Below, piece by piece: positions 37,291-49,397 of a stretch of 64,000 nt of DNA. The notes under the pieces were generated by a model. The model did not search any database and had not been told where the DNA came from. It worked only from the letters and a program-made list of their open reading frames with translations. The stretch lies in the NCBI GenBank assembly GCA_030265395.1, contig JARFYF010000050.1, positions 28,659,130 to 28,723,129 on the forward strand, in the 5' to 3' direction. The position numbers and the translations under genes were made by a program. This DNA comes from Rhina ancylostomus. Taxonomy: Eukaryota. Every line of letters starts with the position of its first letter. Position 1 is the stretch's first letter.

Positions 37291-38124
37291 AATTCGAGGC
37301 AGTACATGGCCAACAACCCAAAATTGAACCTAAGACTCAACAGAGTGATGGCAGAAGAATGATCTAATCAAGCAGCATCCTCTCAGGCCGCTGAAAGTGA
37401 GGACACAAAGGTGAAATGCACGCACTACCATTGGCCACTGGTCTTGACGCTAACCTGGGCACTAAGAATACCATATATGTCTTTATCTCCCTATCTGACC
37501 ACTTAAGGGCAATTCTTGCTGACCTCTTATTCCCAATCCCTTGTAAACTCCAGTCACCCAAAGCAACATTTCATGCATCCTCTAACTGTGGACCATGTAA
37601 CTACTGAGCTGCTCAGGCTCCTGCCACAAATCTTTACCTTCATCCTCATTGGTAAATCTTATCTTGAACTCATCCATCGGCAAACATGTTCCAAGCCTCT
37701 GTTAGGGACTCACTGCAAGACCCCCAGTATCCACAGTCAATTCTTCGGTTACTTGGGTCCTACTGCCTGAAGTTCTCGGCTGAAGCTCATTAACTTGCTG
37801 CCTTCTTCAAAGAACATTACTTCAACTAGATTTGTAGCCTTTCATTAGATTTCTAAGTATTTGGATTCTACATGGCCATATTTAAAATATCTTTGTGTTC
37901 TTTATCATAAAGAAATTCTGTAAGCTCAAGATGCTACTATTGTGACAGCACTGTAAACAATGAGAGTGATGCTTGGGCAGTTTCGAATCATTATTGATCT
38001 CTGCTCTAAGTCACTCTTCATTATTGTTCCATATACACTTATATCTGTCAGCTATTTCACCATATTTGACATCAAATTGACACTTCTGTTTGAAGCTTTT
38101 AAGTGAGAAGATGAAAAGACGTAA

Positions 38125-38700
38125 GAGGGCCTGAATTATAGGGAGAGGTTGGGCAGACTAGATCTTTATTCCTTGGAATGTAGGAGAATGAGATGCAACC
38201 TTAAAGAAGTGTTTAAAATTATGAGAGGCATAAATAAGGTGGATGGTAACAGTCTTTTCCCCAGGGTAGGGAAGTCCAAAGCTAGGGGGCACAGGTTTAG
38301 GGTGAGAGGGGAAAGATTCAAAAGGGAACTTAGGGGCAACTCTTTCACAGAGAGGGTGGAATATATATTCCATGAGTATGTGGAGCGAGCTGCCAGAGGA
38401 AGTGGCTGAGACAGGTACAATAATGTCATTTAAGGAGCACTTGGATAGGTACATGCAGGGGAGAGGCTTAAAGGGATATGGGCCAAACACAGGAAATTGG
38501 GACTAGCTGGGTGGGCACCATGGTTGGCATTGACTGGTTCGGTGGAAGGGCCTGTATCTGTGCTGTATTGCTCTTAGACTAAGTAAGTGAATCAAGGAAT
38601 GTGGGGATAGGATGGGACAGATCAGCCCACGATTGTCTTGCAGTAGGGACTGTGTTACCAACTCCTGACCTTGCTTGCTATGTTCCATTGTTCTGGCTCT
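38125..38700 (+). mobile_element. HER1/CR1 LINE 3' end plus a second CR1 tail
   Basis: GRLDLYSLECRRMRCNLKEVFKIMRGINKVDGNSLFPRVGKSKARGHRFRVRGERFKR. Confidence 0.9.
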
Positions 38701-39044
38701 CAGGAATGAATGAGCTGAGGTAGCAGACAGTTTGATGAAACTTACCTTCTTTAGCATAAGAAGGACCTAGTAAGTCCTGGTGAATATGCAGATATATGAT
38801 TTAGCTTTATGGCACAGACGTCATTGCATTTCAATGACACAGTTGTTTTCAGATTCTGTTCCTACAAGTTATTTAGAATGAGACATAAAGGAAGCAAAGC
38901 ACCAGACAGAAATTCATCCATGGCTACATTCTTTACACATATAACATTGTCACATTTGNNNNNNNNNNNNNNNNNNNNNNNNNNNNNNNNNNNNNNNNNN
39001 NNNNNNNNNNNNNNNNNNNNNNNNNNNNNNNNNNNNNNNATGTA

Positions 39045-39255
39045 GCTACCAATTATCATGAAGTCCCATCTGGTTCACTAAGATCCCCGATGGGAAGAAA
39101 TCTGTCACTCCTACCTGATTTGGCCTGCATGTGACTCCAGACCCATCGCAAAGTGGATGATTCTCTGGATGAAATGACCACTTGGTGCAAACCCACTTGG
39201 TGATGGGTATTAAATGCTGGCTGTGCCTGTGACGGTCTCGTTCCATGAATGAAAA
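39045..39255 (+). mobile_element. SlmI/Meta-like SINE 3' half
   Basis: cccatctggttcactaag..atgtgactccagaccc..taaatgctggc. Confidence 0.75.
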
Positions 39256-42200
39256 CAAAGTCAAATTGAATTAATTGCAAACAATTTCTAATTGGCCATT
39301 TATTATTACCTCTCTGGTTCAGCACTCTGTTACTTACGGCCAAATGCAGCTTCTGTAAGTACTTGAGGCATTACCTTATTTGTCTAGTCATCTGCAGCTT
39401 TGAAAAACCAATTATCAAAAGAAGCTGTGCACTCTGCTGGCACTGGCCGGGGGTGGGGTTGAACGGGGAGGAATAGCTTGGCATCCTGTCACCATCTCCT
39501 GAGGACATTTCCATTTGCAGATGCCTCTCCATTCTTTAGTCTACATAGTGATTAAATATAGACAGCTAGACTGCAAAGAATTCAATATTCCAGTGTTAAA
39601 AACAATCCAAATCTTTAAGGTCACATCAATATTATGCATTTGTATTAAATGCGCTTATTTACTAATGTCACAACACAAGATTGCAAGCTGCTGTTGATGG
39701 GTAATTTTCAGTTATTGCAATTAAACCCAAGCATCTGTTAGAAAAATAAAAATAGGACTAGATTTACCTTTAGCCCTTGTGGTAACCAACTTGTTGGAAG
39801 CATTTAAAGGTATATTGTTGCTTGTGCTGAACAGAAGAGGGTAAAGCAGACTGGCCTACTATACCAAGACACGTCAATGACACCACAAGTTCAGCATCAA
39901 TTATAACATGAATAAGGCATGTCTCCAAAGTCTTTAATGTAATTACCACTATTACGATTTGATGGATTCCTATTTTCATATCAATATGAATATATTAATT
40001 TCTGTTAGATACTATTTGTTATTTCTACAACTTTCCATGAAATTTCAAACAATGGCATTTAATTCATTGACAAGGAGCTAAATGCTTGTGAAGCATGATT
40101 TTTCAAATAAATAGAAATGTGCATGAAATTATCTTCATAATTCCAGGTTTGCATCGTGAATGGGTTTAAAGTACTGGAATTTAGAAAGATGTATAAATTA
40201 TTACACCATCTGAACTGTGATTGTATCATCATCCAGTTTCCCTCTGCTGTTGAACATCCACATACACAAAGTGCTTCCTACACAGCATTAACCATTAACG
40301 CTGTCTACACCAATGTTGCTCAGTGGGCGTTAGGAAAAATCATTAGATAGAATTTATCTCTGAACAGCACTAGGAAGTTGAACACAAATAAAGAAGGTAT
40401 AATTCAATAAGAATGTCGGCAGAATATTTGAAAGACTGAGCTGCTTTCTGTGCTTCAGTAGATTATCCTTTGCACCAGAAACCACAATTGGGATTCTTAT
40501 TCAACATGCACTCACCTCAATGATAGTTTAAACTGCTCTAGCCCTTTTGGATTTGAACACTTTTCTGGGTCCATGCAATCAACAACCAGAATTCTTGTTT
40601 ATTTTTGGAGTGACCACGTATAAAGATTACAATGTAAGTATTTCTGGGTTAGACTGTACAATGCTTGCTACAAAAGAACATAACTTTCATGGAATAACTT
40701 CAATTGGATTCCTACCACTCACGTTAAAATAGTGTCTACATTTCATAATGTACTTTAGTGGTAGACACATGAAAGACTATGCAAATGCAGGCTCTGTCTT
40801 TGCAAGCTGATGAAGAACTACAGGCTGTGTATTCATGTTGCTTCTTGCACATTTCATGTGAGCAGGATGCTCAGCCACATAGAGCCTTCACTGCAGACCA
40901 CAAGGTGCTAAACAATAGAACCCTGCTCCTTCCCACCTCACCAACCCAATCTTGTACTCTTCAATTGGCCTCTTCAATAATACTCAGCCAACCATACTCA
41001 AAGTTTTCGGACATTATTTGTTTCTGAAATTACTTGGGAATCAGTTCTTCAGAGTCACTCTCCTGTGTGCATTTAGCCTTTAAATCTTGTATTCTTGAGA
41101 ATTTATGTGGGTCTGCACAGAGACTCACATCCTTCAGTATAAACTTTGAGTTTCCTTAGAATGTTTTTGTCACTCCAGAAGTTTCAGTTTACCTTCTGTC
41201 TGAATTGTCAAAAAAAAAACTCACCATGTCCTTCTCCATTATAGTGTGGCCAGCAAGTTGTAAGAAGGATGCAATTTGACTTGTATATCAATTGCTGGTG
41301 ATTATTATTCACCCAGAAGGAAGAGCAGCAAAGTAATCTTGACATCTGTCTCAGTTGCTCCCATGTTTGCTTTGGATAAGTTTGATTCTGCTGGTTCTTC
41401 TTCAGTCTCTGTAAATATGAATATTTTATTCCTATTGTTGTAGATTTTCAAATAGAAACAACAGTTTTCATTTTAATCTAATTCTAATCCATAAAACTAG
41501 CACCAGGTTGATGCTTCTGAAATGTTCGAAGAAAACCACATACATTTCCTTTGAACCACTCATGAGAAAAATGATCCTGACAAGACAAATCAAGCAATAT
41601 TTGTTGAAAGTCTATTCTGAGCCAGAGTGTGTCTTGTTCATTAGCAATCCCTATAAACTGGCAGTTAGCAATGACTTACATGAACACGTCTTTCAAGACT
41701 ACAGTTCCTTTAATTTTAGAAAAACAGGTGAGAATTATTGTAAGGGTACAAAGAGGCATTTATATCAGTTCCAACACCTTGCAGTTGTAAGATATGAGAA
41801 CGAACAGTTGGGAGAATGAACTCCCTAATGTAGTGGGGAGTATAGGACCTGCCGTGGTTGTAAAACAGCTTAGTTGTGGAGTCATGATTTTCGGTGCTAT
41901 TGTTATTAAGTAATAACCTGTTGCTAAGCAGAAGTGAATGTACTTCTACATCCCAGTAACAGTTCAATATCATTTTAACACTTTCCCCCAGAGTTCAATG
42001 TGCTGCTTGTTATCTGGTAAAAAGAGAACTAAAAAAAAGTGTTGTTAGTTGTTCCCTCATCTATTCTGACAGAATTAAGATTACCTATAGGTAGGGGCTG
42101 ATTGATAGTGCATTTCATAAATATACATCTGAAGAATTTGGCAGGTATAAAACTGGCTTGAATTGTTGGGCTAGATCACAATAACTTTTTTCCCTCAATA

Positions 42201-42499
42201 CATTCTAACTATATTCAGAGCCCATTATATTGTCTCGTGAATGACTTCTTCCCCAAAATTTTAAAGTGGGAGGGGTTGTTACCTCAGATTAACATTCCCC
42301 AAACACTGTTGTCTATTAATATTGATTTTTGGTGTCACTCACTTATCGAGTCCTTTTAAATCTTAGTGTTTCTTTCCATCTTGGGACTTGATTCTTCACC
42401 CTCAATCTCAACAAAATATTCTATCATTGAATATTCAAGCCTCTGTTCTGTATTCCTCCTCTTCTGGCAACAGATACAAAATTACTGTCACAAGAAAGG

Positions 42500-42830
42500 C
42501 AAACAGGAACTTCTGTTCTGCCCACCTTGTCCATGCCACCTAAGCTAGTCCCATTCACCCATGTTTGGCCCATATCCCTCTAAACCTTTCCTATCCATGT
42601 ACTTATCCAAATGTCTCTAAATTTTGTTAATGTACCTGCTTCAACTACTTTCTCTGGCTGCTCATTCCATATACACACCACCCTCTGTGTGAAAAAGTTG
42701 TTCCTCAGGTCTCTTTTAAATCTTTCCCCTCTCAACATAAACCTACGCCCTCTAATTTTTGGTTCCATTTCCTTGGGAAAAAAGACTATGCGCATTCACC
42801 ATATCTATGCGCTCATGATTTTGTAAATCT
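42500..42830 (-). mobile_element. HER1/CR1 LINE 3' end
   Basis: RGERFKRDLRNNFFTQRVVCIWNEQPEKVVEAGT. Confidence 0.9.
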
Positions 42831-44129
42831 TTATATGTTGTAGAAAATATTTGAACAATTACAAATGCCACCCAAATGCCATAGAATCTTTTCTGCATTC
42901 AAATAACACCCCATGCATGGGTTGAGATAAGTCCTCTTAGCAAAAAAACATTCTTTGCCATAGAGTGGATAAGGGTAACATCTTTTAAATCACTATCATG
43001 AGCTGTAAAGATATAAGGAAAACTAACAAAAGACTAGCACTTTTGAAACCCTACCTCTAATTACGTTTCTATGCCTATAATAGTGAGTAATGCATTAGCT
43101 CCCTGGATAACAAGATACTTAAATGCTTTTGTGTAAAAGAAAATTCAAAGAAAGATCGCCCGTTGAATTTACAATGTATAGTTTCTTGTATGTGCAATAT
43201 TCTGTAAATGTTTCGATACAAAAGCATCAAAACTATTTAAATCATTTTATCAGCCCAATGTATAGTTTTCAGTCAAGATATTCACCACTACTTCAATGGG
43301 GAGACTTTTCTATTAAATACAACTGAAGGGAAATTTATGCAAGAACAGAACAAACAAGATCCCAGTCTAACCATTTTACATACTAATTTTCTCTAGATCC
43401 CAAAGACTAGCAGTATAAATATATTCTAAGCTCCTTAAGCACTCGTAAACTGTCATATTACTGTAAATCTAATACCTCTATGAAAATTGCTTTCTGTACA
43501 ATAGCTGACTTCCTATCGACCCCTTTTAATCCATTTATATCTACATAAATTTTCAGAAAGTGTGTTGTACATTTAACCAGTGAGCTCTTTATTGTAAGAC
43601 AACTGTATTTAAGATATATTTTTATGAGTAGGATAGATTCATTTGTTGACTAGAAAAAACACTAATCCACCCTGCTGGCTAGTTGTGACTAGTCTTTAAC
43701 ATCTCATAATGGTAGATCAGCAGATCACAATAAGGTGACTAGTTGGACAATTCTAGCACCTGATCAGTATAAGAATCCTTCTACCAGCCTCAGAGAGTTA
43801 GCTTTGAAGCTAGCTTTCAGGGATAATTAACAATGTTAATAGTAACAACTGCTTGCTGACAGGTTTGAATAATTAGTCCATTGATTTTTTCTGATAATTA
43901 GCAAAACTTTGTCTTATTTTCCAGACTCATCATTTCCTAAATGTGTTTGGTTGAAGTTGATTGGGTTTACTTATGAAATGAGAAGCCAAACATCATGGCT
44001 TCTCATCAAACAATATACACTTGCCAACATTAACGGTTTTCCTATATTATGATCCGTGTATCTAGCTCCAAGTAATAGTAAGTAGATAGTAACATCAGTC
44101 AGGATATTTCAATCACCAGAGCATTATGC

Positions 44130-44340
44130 TCTGACGTGATTATCCAAAGGGCAAGGATGTTGATACACCAACACTTGCAAACCATCCTGCCACCTTAGAA
44201 ACATAGAGCCCTTCCTTCATTGCCATTGAGTTAAAATCTTTTTAGCTCTGATCTAATAGCATCTTTGCCCCCAGGAATGCAGCAGTTCAAATAATGTATC
44301 TCACCCTCACCGTATCATGGTCAAAAAGGGAGAATGCCCC
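44130..44340 (+). mobile_element. CR1-group LINE 3' fragment
   Basis: ccatcctgcca..ttccttcattgccattgagttaaaatc..tgcagcagttcaa. Confidence 0.5.
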
Positions 44341-44749
44341 TGAGAGAATAAAAACATCTCAAGGGAGAATAAAAGAAGGTGGCTCGATGTCACAAAGTTG
44401 GACTTCATTTAACAAAAAGATCTGGGAAACAAAAAGAACTTTGACAAAGAAACTATAATATACTGCCTCGTGATTTAACCACAGCAAAGTGTTTTGTTCC
44501 ATAATGCTGTGATTCATCTGCCAGAAGTTATTGCAGGTTTTTTAATAGTTTGATCCAGAGAGGGTGAAGTGCAAATGGCTTAATTGGCTGCCTCAACATA
44601 AAATATGCTTTAGTTGCTGTGTGTGTTCCCCAAAAAGATATCCAGGCTTGGAGGTCTTGGATTTATGAATTCAGGTTGTGCACACTAGAATTGTATTTGA
44701 ATATAGATCTTCAAATTGTTGTGAATGATTTTTTAAAGTGCATTCTTTT

Positions 44750-46230
44750 TCAGGATCTAGGCATCACTGGCAAGCCAGCATTTATTTCCCAGTCCAAATT
44801 GCCCTTGAGAAGGTCGTGGTGAGCCACCTTCTTGAACTGCTGCAGTCCTTCTGGTGGAGGTCACTCCTTCAGTATGTTGGGGGGATAGTTCCATGATTAG
44901 ACCCAGTGATGATTAAGGACTGGTGATATATTTCTAATGTATGCATTTTGAAGAGGAACCTGTAGCTGGTGGTATTCCCATATGCCTGCTGCTATGTCCC
45001 TCTTTGTTAAGGTCTTAAGAGGTGCTGTCAGAGTAGCTTGGGTGGGTATCTGCAGTGCATTTTATAGATATTACACACTGAGCCAGTGTGCATCAATGCT
45101 GAAGGGAATAAATAGTTAGGGTAGTGGATGTGGTGTCAATCAGATATGCTGCTTTGGCTTAGATAATGGCCAAGCTTCCAGAGAATTGTTAGAAAGGCAC
45201 TTATCTGGGTAAGTGGAGAGTTTTCCATTTCACTCCCGACTTGAACCTTGCAGATGATGGAAAGGCATTGGGCTATCAGAAAGTGAGTCACTTCCCCCAG
45301 GATATCAACACTGTGATCTGCTTTTATAGCAACAGGATTCATGTGGCTGTTCCAGTTGAACTCCAGGTCAATGGTGACAGCCAGGTTGTTAATGGTTAGG
45401 GACTCAGTGATGATAAGGCAATTGAATGTCAAAGGTAAGTGATTATATTCTCTCTTGTTGAACTGGTCATTGCCTGGCATGTTGATGGTAAGAATATTAC
45501 TTGGCACATCAGCCTATGATTTGATGTTGTTTAAGTCATGGTCTGTTTCATTAACTGAGGTAATGTAATCATCAGCAAACATCCCTACATCTGACTTAAC
45601 AATGGAAAAAAAGTATTCAAGAAACAGTTGGGTTAGGACACTGCTGTGATGTCCTGGGAGTGAAATGATTGATCCTCAACAACCACAGCCATCTGCCTTT
45701 GTGCCAGGTATGACTCCATACATTGGAGTATTTTCCCTTTCGTGTCCAACAACCTAAATTCTACCAGAGCTTATTGATGCCGCACTTGATCAGATGCTGC
45801 CTTGATGTCAAAGTAACTATTCTCACCTCACTTGCGGAATTCAGCTCTTTGGTCCATGTTTGGACAAAGGATATGAAGAAGTGGTCCTGGAACACTTTTA
45901 AATGGATATCAGTGAGCAGGTTATTGGTAAGGAAATGTTATTTGACAACTTCCATCGCTTTTCTGGTGAGTGAGAGTGAACTGAATGGGTGGTAATCAGC
46001 ATAATTGGATCGGTCTTGCTTTTTTGTGAACAGGACATTCTGGGATAATTTTCCACAATGTCAGGTAGAAGCCAGAGTTGCAATTATACTGGAACAGCTC
46101 AGCTGGATCTGCAGAACAGGTGCTTGGTACTACAGCAACAAAGGTGTCTGATCCTCTGATCCTATAGCCTTTGTTATATCCAGGGTCCTCAGATGATATC
46201 ACATGGAGTGAGTTGAATTGGACAAATGAA
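44750..46230 (-). mobile_element. CR1-group LINE, RT to 3' end (tail shared with the SlmI/Meta-like SINEs)
   Basis: NLAVTIDLEFNWNSHMN..LSIICKVQVGSEMENSPL; tail gccagcatttatttcccagtccaaattgcccttgagaagg. Confidence 0.85.
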
Positions 46231-46860
46231 GTTGCAAGGAGATTTGATGGGGGTATTTAAAATCTTGAAGGATAAAAAACAGAGCAGAGAAAAAGAGAGA
46301 GAGAGTTTGCAATGGTGGCATTAAGAGACATGAAGATTTTTTTTTACAGGGTGAATTATTATTGGTATTGGTTTATTATTGTCACTTGTACCAAGGTACA
46401 GTGAGAAACTTGTCTTGCATACTGATCGTACAGGTCAATTCATTACACAATGCAGTTACATTGAGTTAGCACAGAGCACATTGAGGTAGTACAGGTAAAA
46501 ACAATAACAATGCAGAGTAAAGTGTCACAGCTACAGAGGAATTGCAGTGCAGGTAGACAGTAAGGTGCAAGGTAAAAGTTGGTGAGTGTCACAGGGGACA
46601 TACCAAAATTTCTTTAGTCTCCTGAGGAAGTAGAGGCACAGGTGATTAAGGTGTGAAATGAGCTGCCAGGGGTAATAGTGGAGGCAGATTAAAATGTAGA
46701 ATTCAAAATGGAACTGGAGTAAGTATCTGAAATGAAAAAAAATGTAGGGGTATAGGGAGAGAACCGGGAAATGGAACTAGCCAGATTACTGTTACATAGG
46801 GCCAGCAGAGGTTTGGGGGGACAAATGGCCTTCTGTTGAGCTGTAACCACTCTATAGTTC
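46230..46860 (+). mobile_element. CR1 3' end interrupted by a Rex1-type insertion
   Basis: ggagatttgatgggggtatttaaaatc..tttttttacagggtga, then the insert, then ttaaggtgtgaaatgagctgccaggg. Confidence 0.65.
46360..46640 (-). mobile_element. Rex1/Babar-type tail and RT scrap
   Basis: tattggtattggtttattattgtcac tail; minus-strand LYFLRRLKKFWY. Confidence 0.75.
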
Positions 46861-47754
46861 TCTCACAACTCGGGCAAAGTTAAATGATGCCAACATTTGT
46901 AGTCCTTGTTTTATTGTTGTGTATTATTAATTCAAGATAATGCTCAAACTTTCAAATTAGTTTACTTGGTAGTTGTCTGTGACAGAAGACAACCTTAATT
47001 TATCTTTGTCTAAGAAGGTGTGTGCCCAGATTGCAGAGACTAAAATTACTCTCTTAACCACGCTGTGCCACTTTGCCCTAAAGTCAAAATGTTTGACACT
47101 ACTAGTCAATCTGCCAGTGGATAAAACTAACACTGAACACTTGCATCTTTGTTTCTCTGACCCACTTCAGTCCATATTTCTGGATGCCAATAATTTCTTA
47201 AGTGTAGTGTACTAGGATTATATAAGTATGGATAAATGATTTCCTATGTGAAATGAGTATCGCCTTTACAGCAAATGTTACTAATTGCCAGTGGCAACAC
47301 TTGTACTTTCAACATGACACATGACATTTGAGTTGTCAAACAATAAAATGTCCTGAGTTTGAAAGAATGTTAAAACTAAGGTGCAAAAATACAATTATGT
47401 TGAATTTGAATTTGGCATTCTCCTAACATTTCAGATTCACATTTGTGATCTGGTTTAAGTCATAGAACAGAACCATTTTTGGCAAATGAAAGTGAAAACT
47501 ATTTGAAAATCAATTTGGACATTAATATATGTGCTCAGTTAATACATCACCACCACACGATCACCTGCTTCTTCCCTCCTCCAGATAAATCTAGCAAAAA
47601 TGCGCTAAACCTGAGGGCACCATCTTCTATGCTTGCTAGATTACTAAGCATCAGAGTAGTGCTATACTATTGCCTGAGGAATCAGATGTTTGCTGTGAGT
47701 CATCTGTGAGCCTCCAGTCAATGTTGCTCATTTGCAACATTTTATTTTTTTCTA

Positions 47755-47985
47755 ACTTTATTTATACAGCATGGTAACAGGCCCTTCCGGCCCAATGAGT
47801 CCACACTGCCCATTGAAACCAATGTTAACCGACCCATACTTCTTTGGAATGTGGAAGGAAACTGGACCACCCGGAGAAAACCCACGCAGACACAGGGAGA
47901 ACGTACAAACTCCTTACAGATAGTGACAGGAATTGAACCCCAATCACTGGTACTGTAATAGCATCATGCTAACCGCTGAGCTACC
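47755..47985 (-). mobile_element. V-SINE (HE1-like)
   Basis: ggaaactggaccacccggagaaaacccacgcagacacagggagaacgtacaaactcc. Confidence 0.85.
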
Positions 47986-48967
47986 TAAATATCATGGCAG
48001 AGAAACTGCAACAATTAGCTGGTTTAGGCAAAGACATACCGAGCACAGAGTGTGCAGGTTTAGTCTCTGGCCCTTCTTAAGTTACCTCATTTCAAACAGT
48101 ATAGAAGCCCGAGAAAACTAGAATGTATTTTGACCACTCAGTCTGAAGATTAAGAGAAAATTGGAATTGGCCAATGTTCCTTGTTCTTACAGCTATTATA
48201 TTCTTTGTTATGAAAGCAGCAGGCACTTGAGGCTGTGTAGACAGACATCATTTCCATATTCGTTGTGTGAACCCTTATATGAAGATCAGACGATTGGAAA
48301 GTTGTTGCTATCCTGGCAAGTAGGCAAAGGAAAGGATTTAGAAAGAAACAAATCAGCTTCTTTTGTATGGGTAACCATTGTTTTGACTGGCCTGCTAAAC
48401 TGTTCCTTGGTTAGCAAAGCTGTTCATCTCAGAACAGTTTCAATATATGAATAGTGTATGTGAATTGTAGCTGTAAAACAAACTGAGAAATCAGCACTTG
48501 CATTAGAGCCTGTTCACTTATGGTTCAGAGCAGTCTGAATTATAGATTAACATCTGCTGTTCTAAGTTATTAGTACAATGTGTGAGATTCATTCACTGGC
48601 CTTAGAGAAATATTAGTAAATAAAATATGCAGGGTTACAATTCAAAACTTCCTTTCAAGGCTTCCATTGTGATTGAAGAGGAAAAGTAAGTGAAGGTGAT
48701 TCAGAGAAGTCCTTAAAGCATTCTTACATAAGTGGTTGAGGCTCTCAGAGGACCTCTGATTTAGAAGATCTCTGTCTTATAGCAGGTTAGAGATTCGGTC
48801 CTAAAGCAAACATTACTCATAAATGTGTGTTGCAATGGCAATATGAAAAGGGCCACAAAACTGTTCTATGAAGAAAACCTCAGGCAGCAGGCATTCTTCT
48901 GAGTCTGGGATTTAGGCACACTTACATGATAATGAGACTTTTACTTGTCCCACTTAAGATCATGATG

Positions 48968-49161
48968 AGAGCAAAATCAAACTGCTGGAGGAACTCAGTA
49001 GGTCGAGCACCATCTGTGGAGGCAAAGGAATTGTCGACACAGTCTTGATGCAGGGTTTCAACCTGCAATGTTGACACTTCGTTTTCCCCCCACAGATGCT
49101 GAGTTCCTCCAGCAGTTTTTTTTTCTCTCCAGATTCCTGCATCTGCAGTCTCTTTTGTCTC
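48968..49161. mobile_element. head-to-head (fold-back) pair of Penelope-type terminal repeats
   Basis: Perfect 20-bp IR aaactgctggaggaactcag (48979-48998) / ctgagttcctccagcagttt (49099-49118); inner IR catctgtgg/ccacagatg. Confidence 0.75.
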
Positions 49162-49394
49162 TATGATGAAAGCAGGAATGGCTAGACAAAGACCATGTAA
49201 GAGGAGTCAGAGGTTGGTTGGGAGGACTTGAAACTTTGGTGAGGAGNNNNNNNNNNAGATGGTGCTGGCTTTAATTCCCCTTTGAGACTTGAGCACAAAA
49301 CTTTCTTTGTTGGGATGGGGCGAAGGAAGGCTGAGTGGGGAAAAACCATTTTCCTGTGAAGTGCATGGATCTTGGCTTTCCCACTTCCTCTTAC

Positions 49395-49397
49395 CTT
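49395..49397 (-). other. candidate 3-nt microexon (AAG) or recursive splice site
   Basis: Minus strand ..tgcttttgcttttaActcttggaatctgtgttacctgcAG|AAG|GTAAGA; branch-like A at -26. Confidence 0.25.

Noticed and set aside
41645-41732. Possible + strand exon (NPYKLAVSNDLHEHVFQDYSSFNFRKT) ending CAG|GTGAGA
   Set aside because: Mediocre acceptor, several competing AGs, unrecognised peptide.
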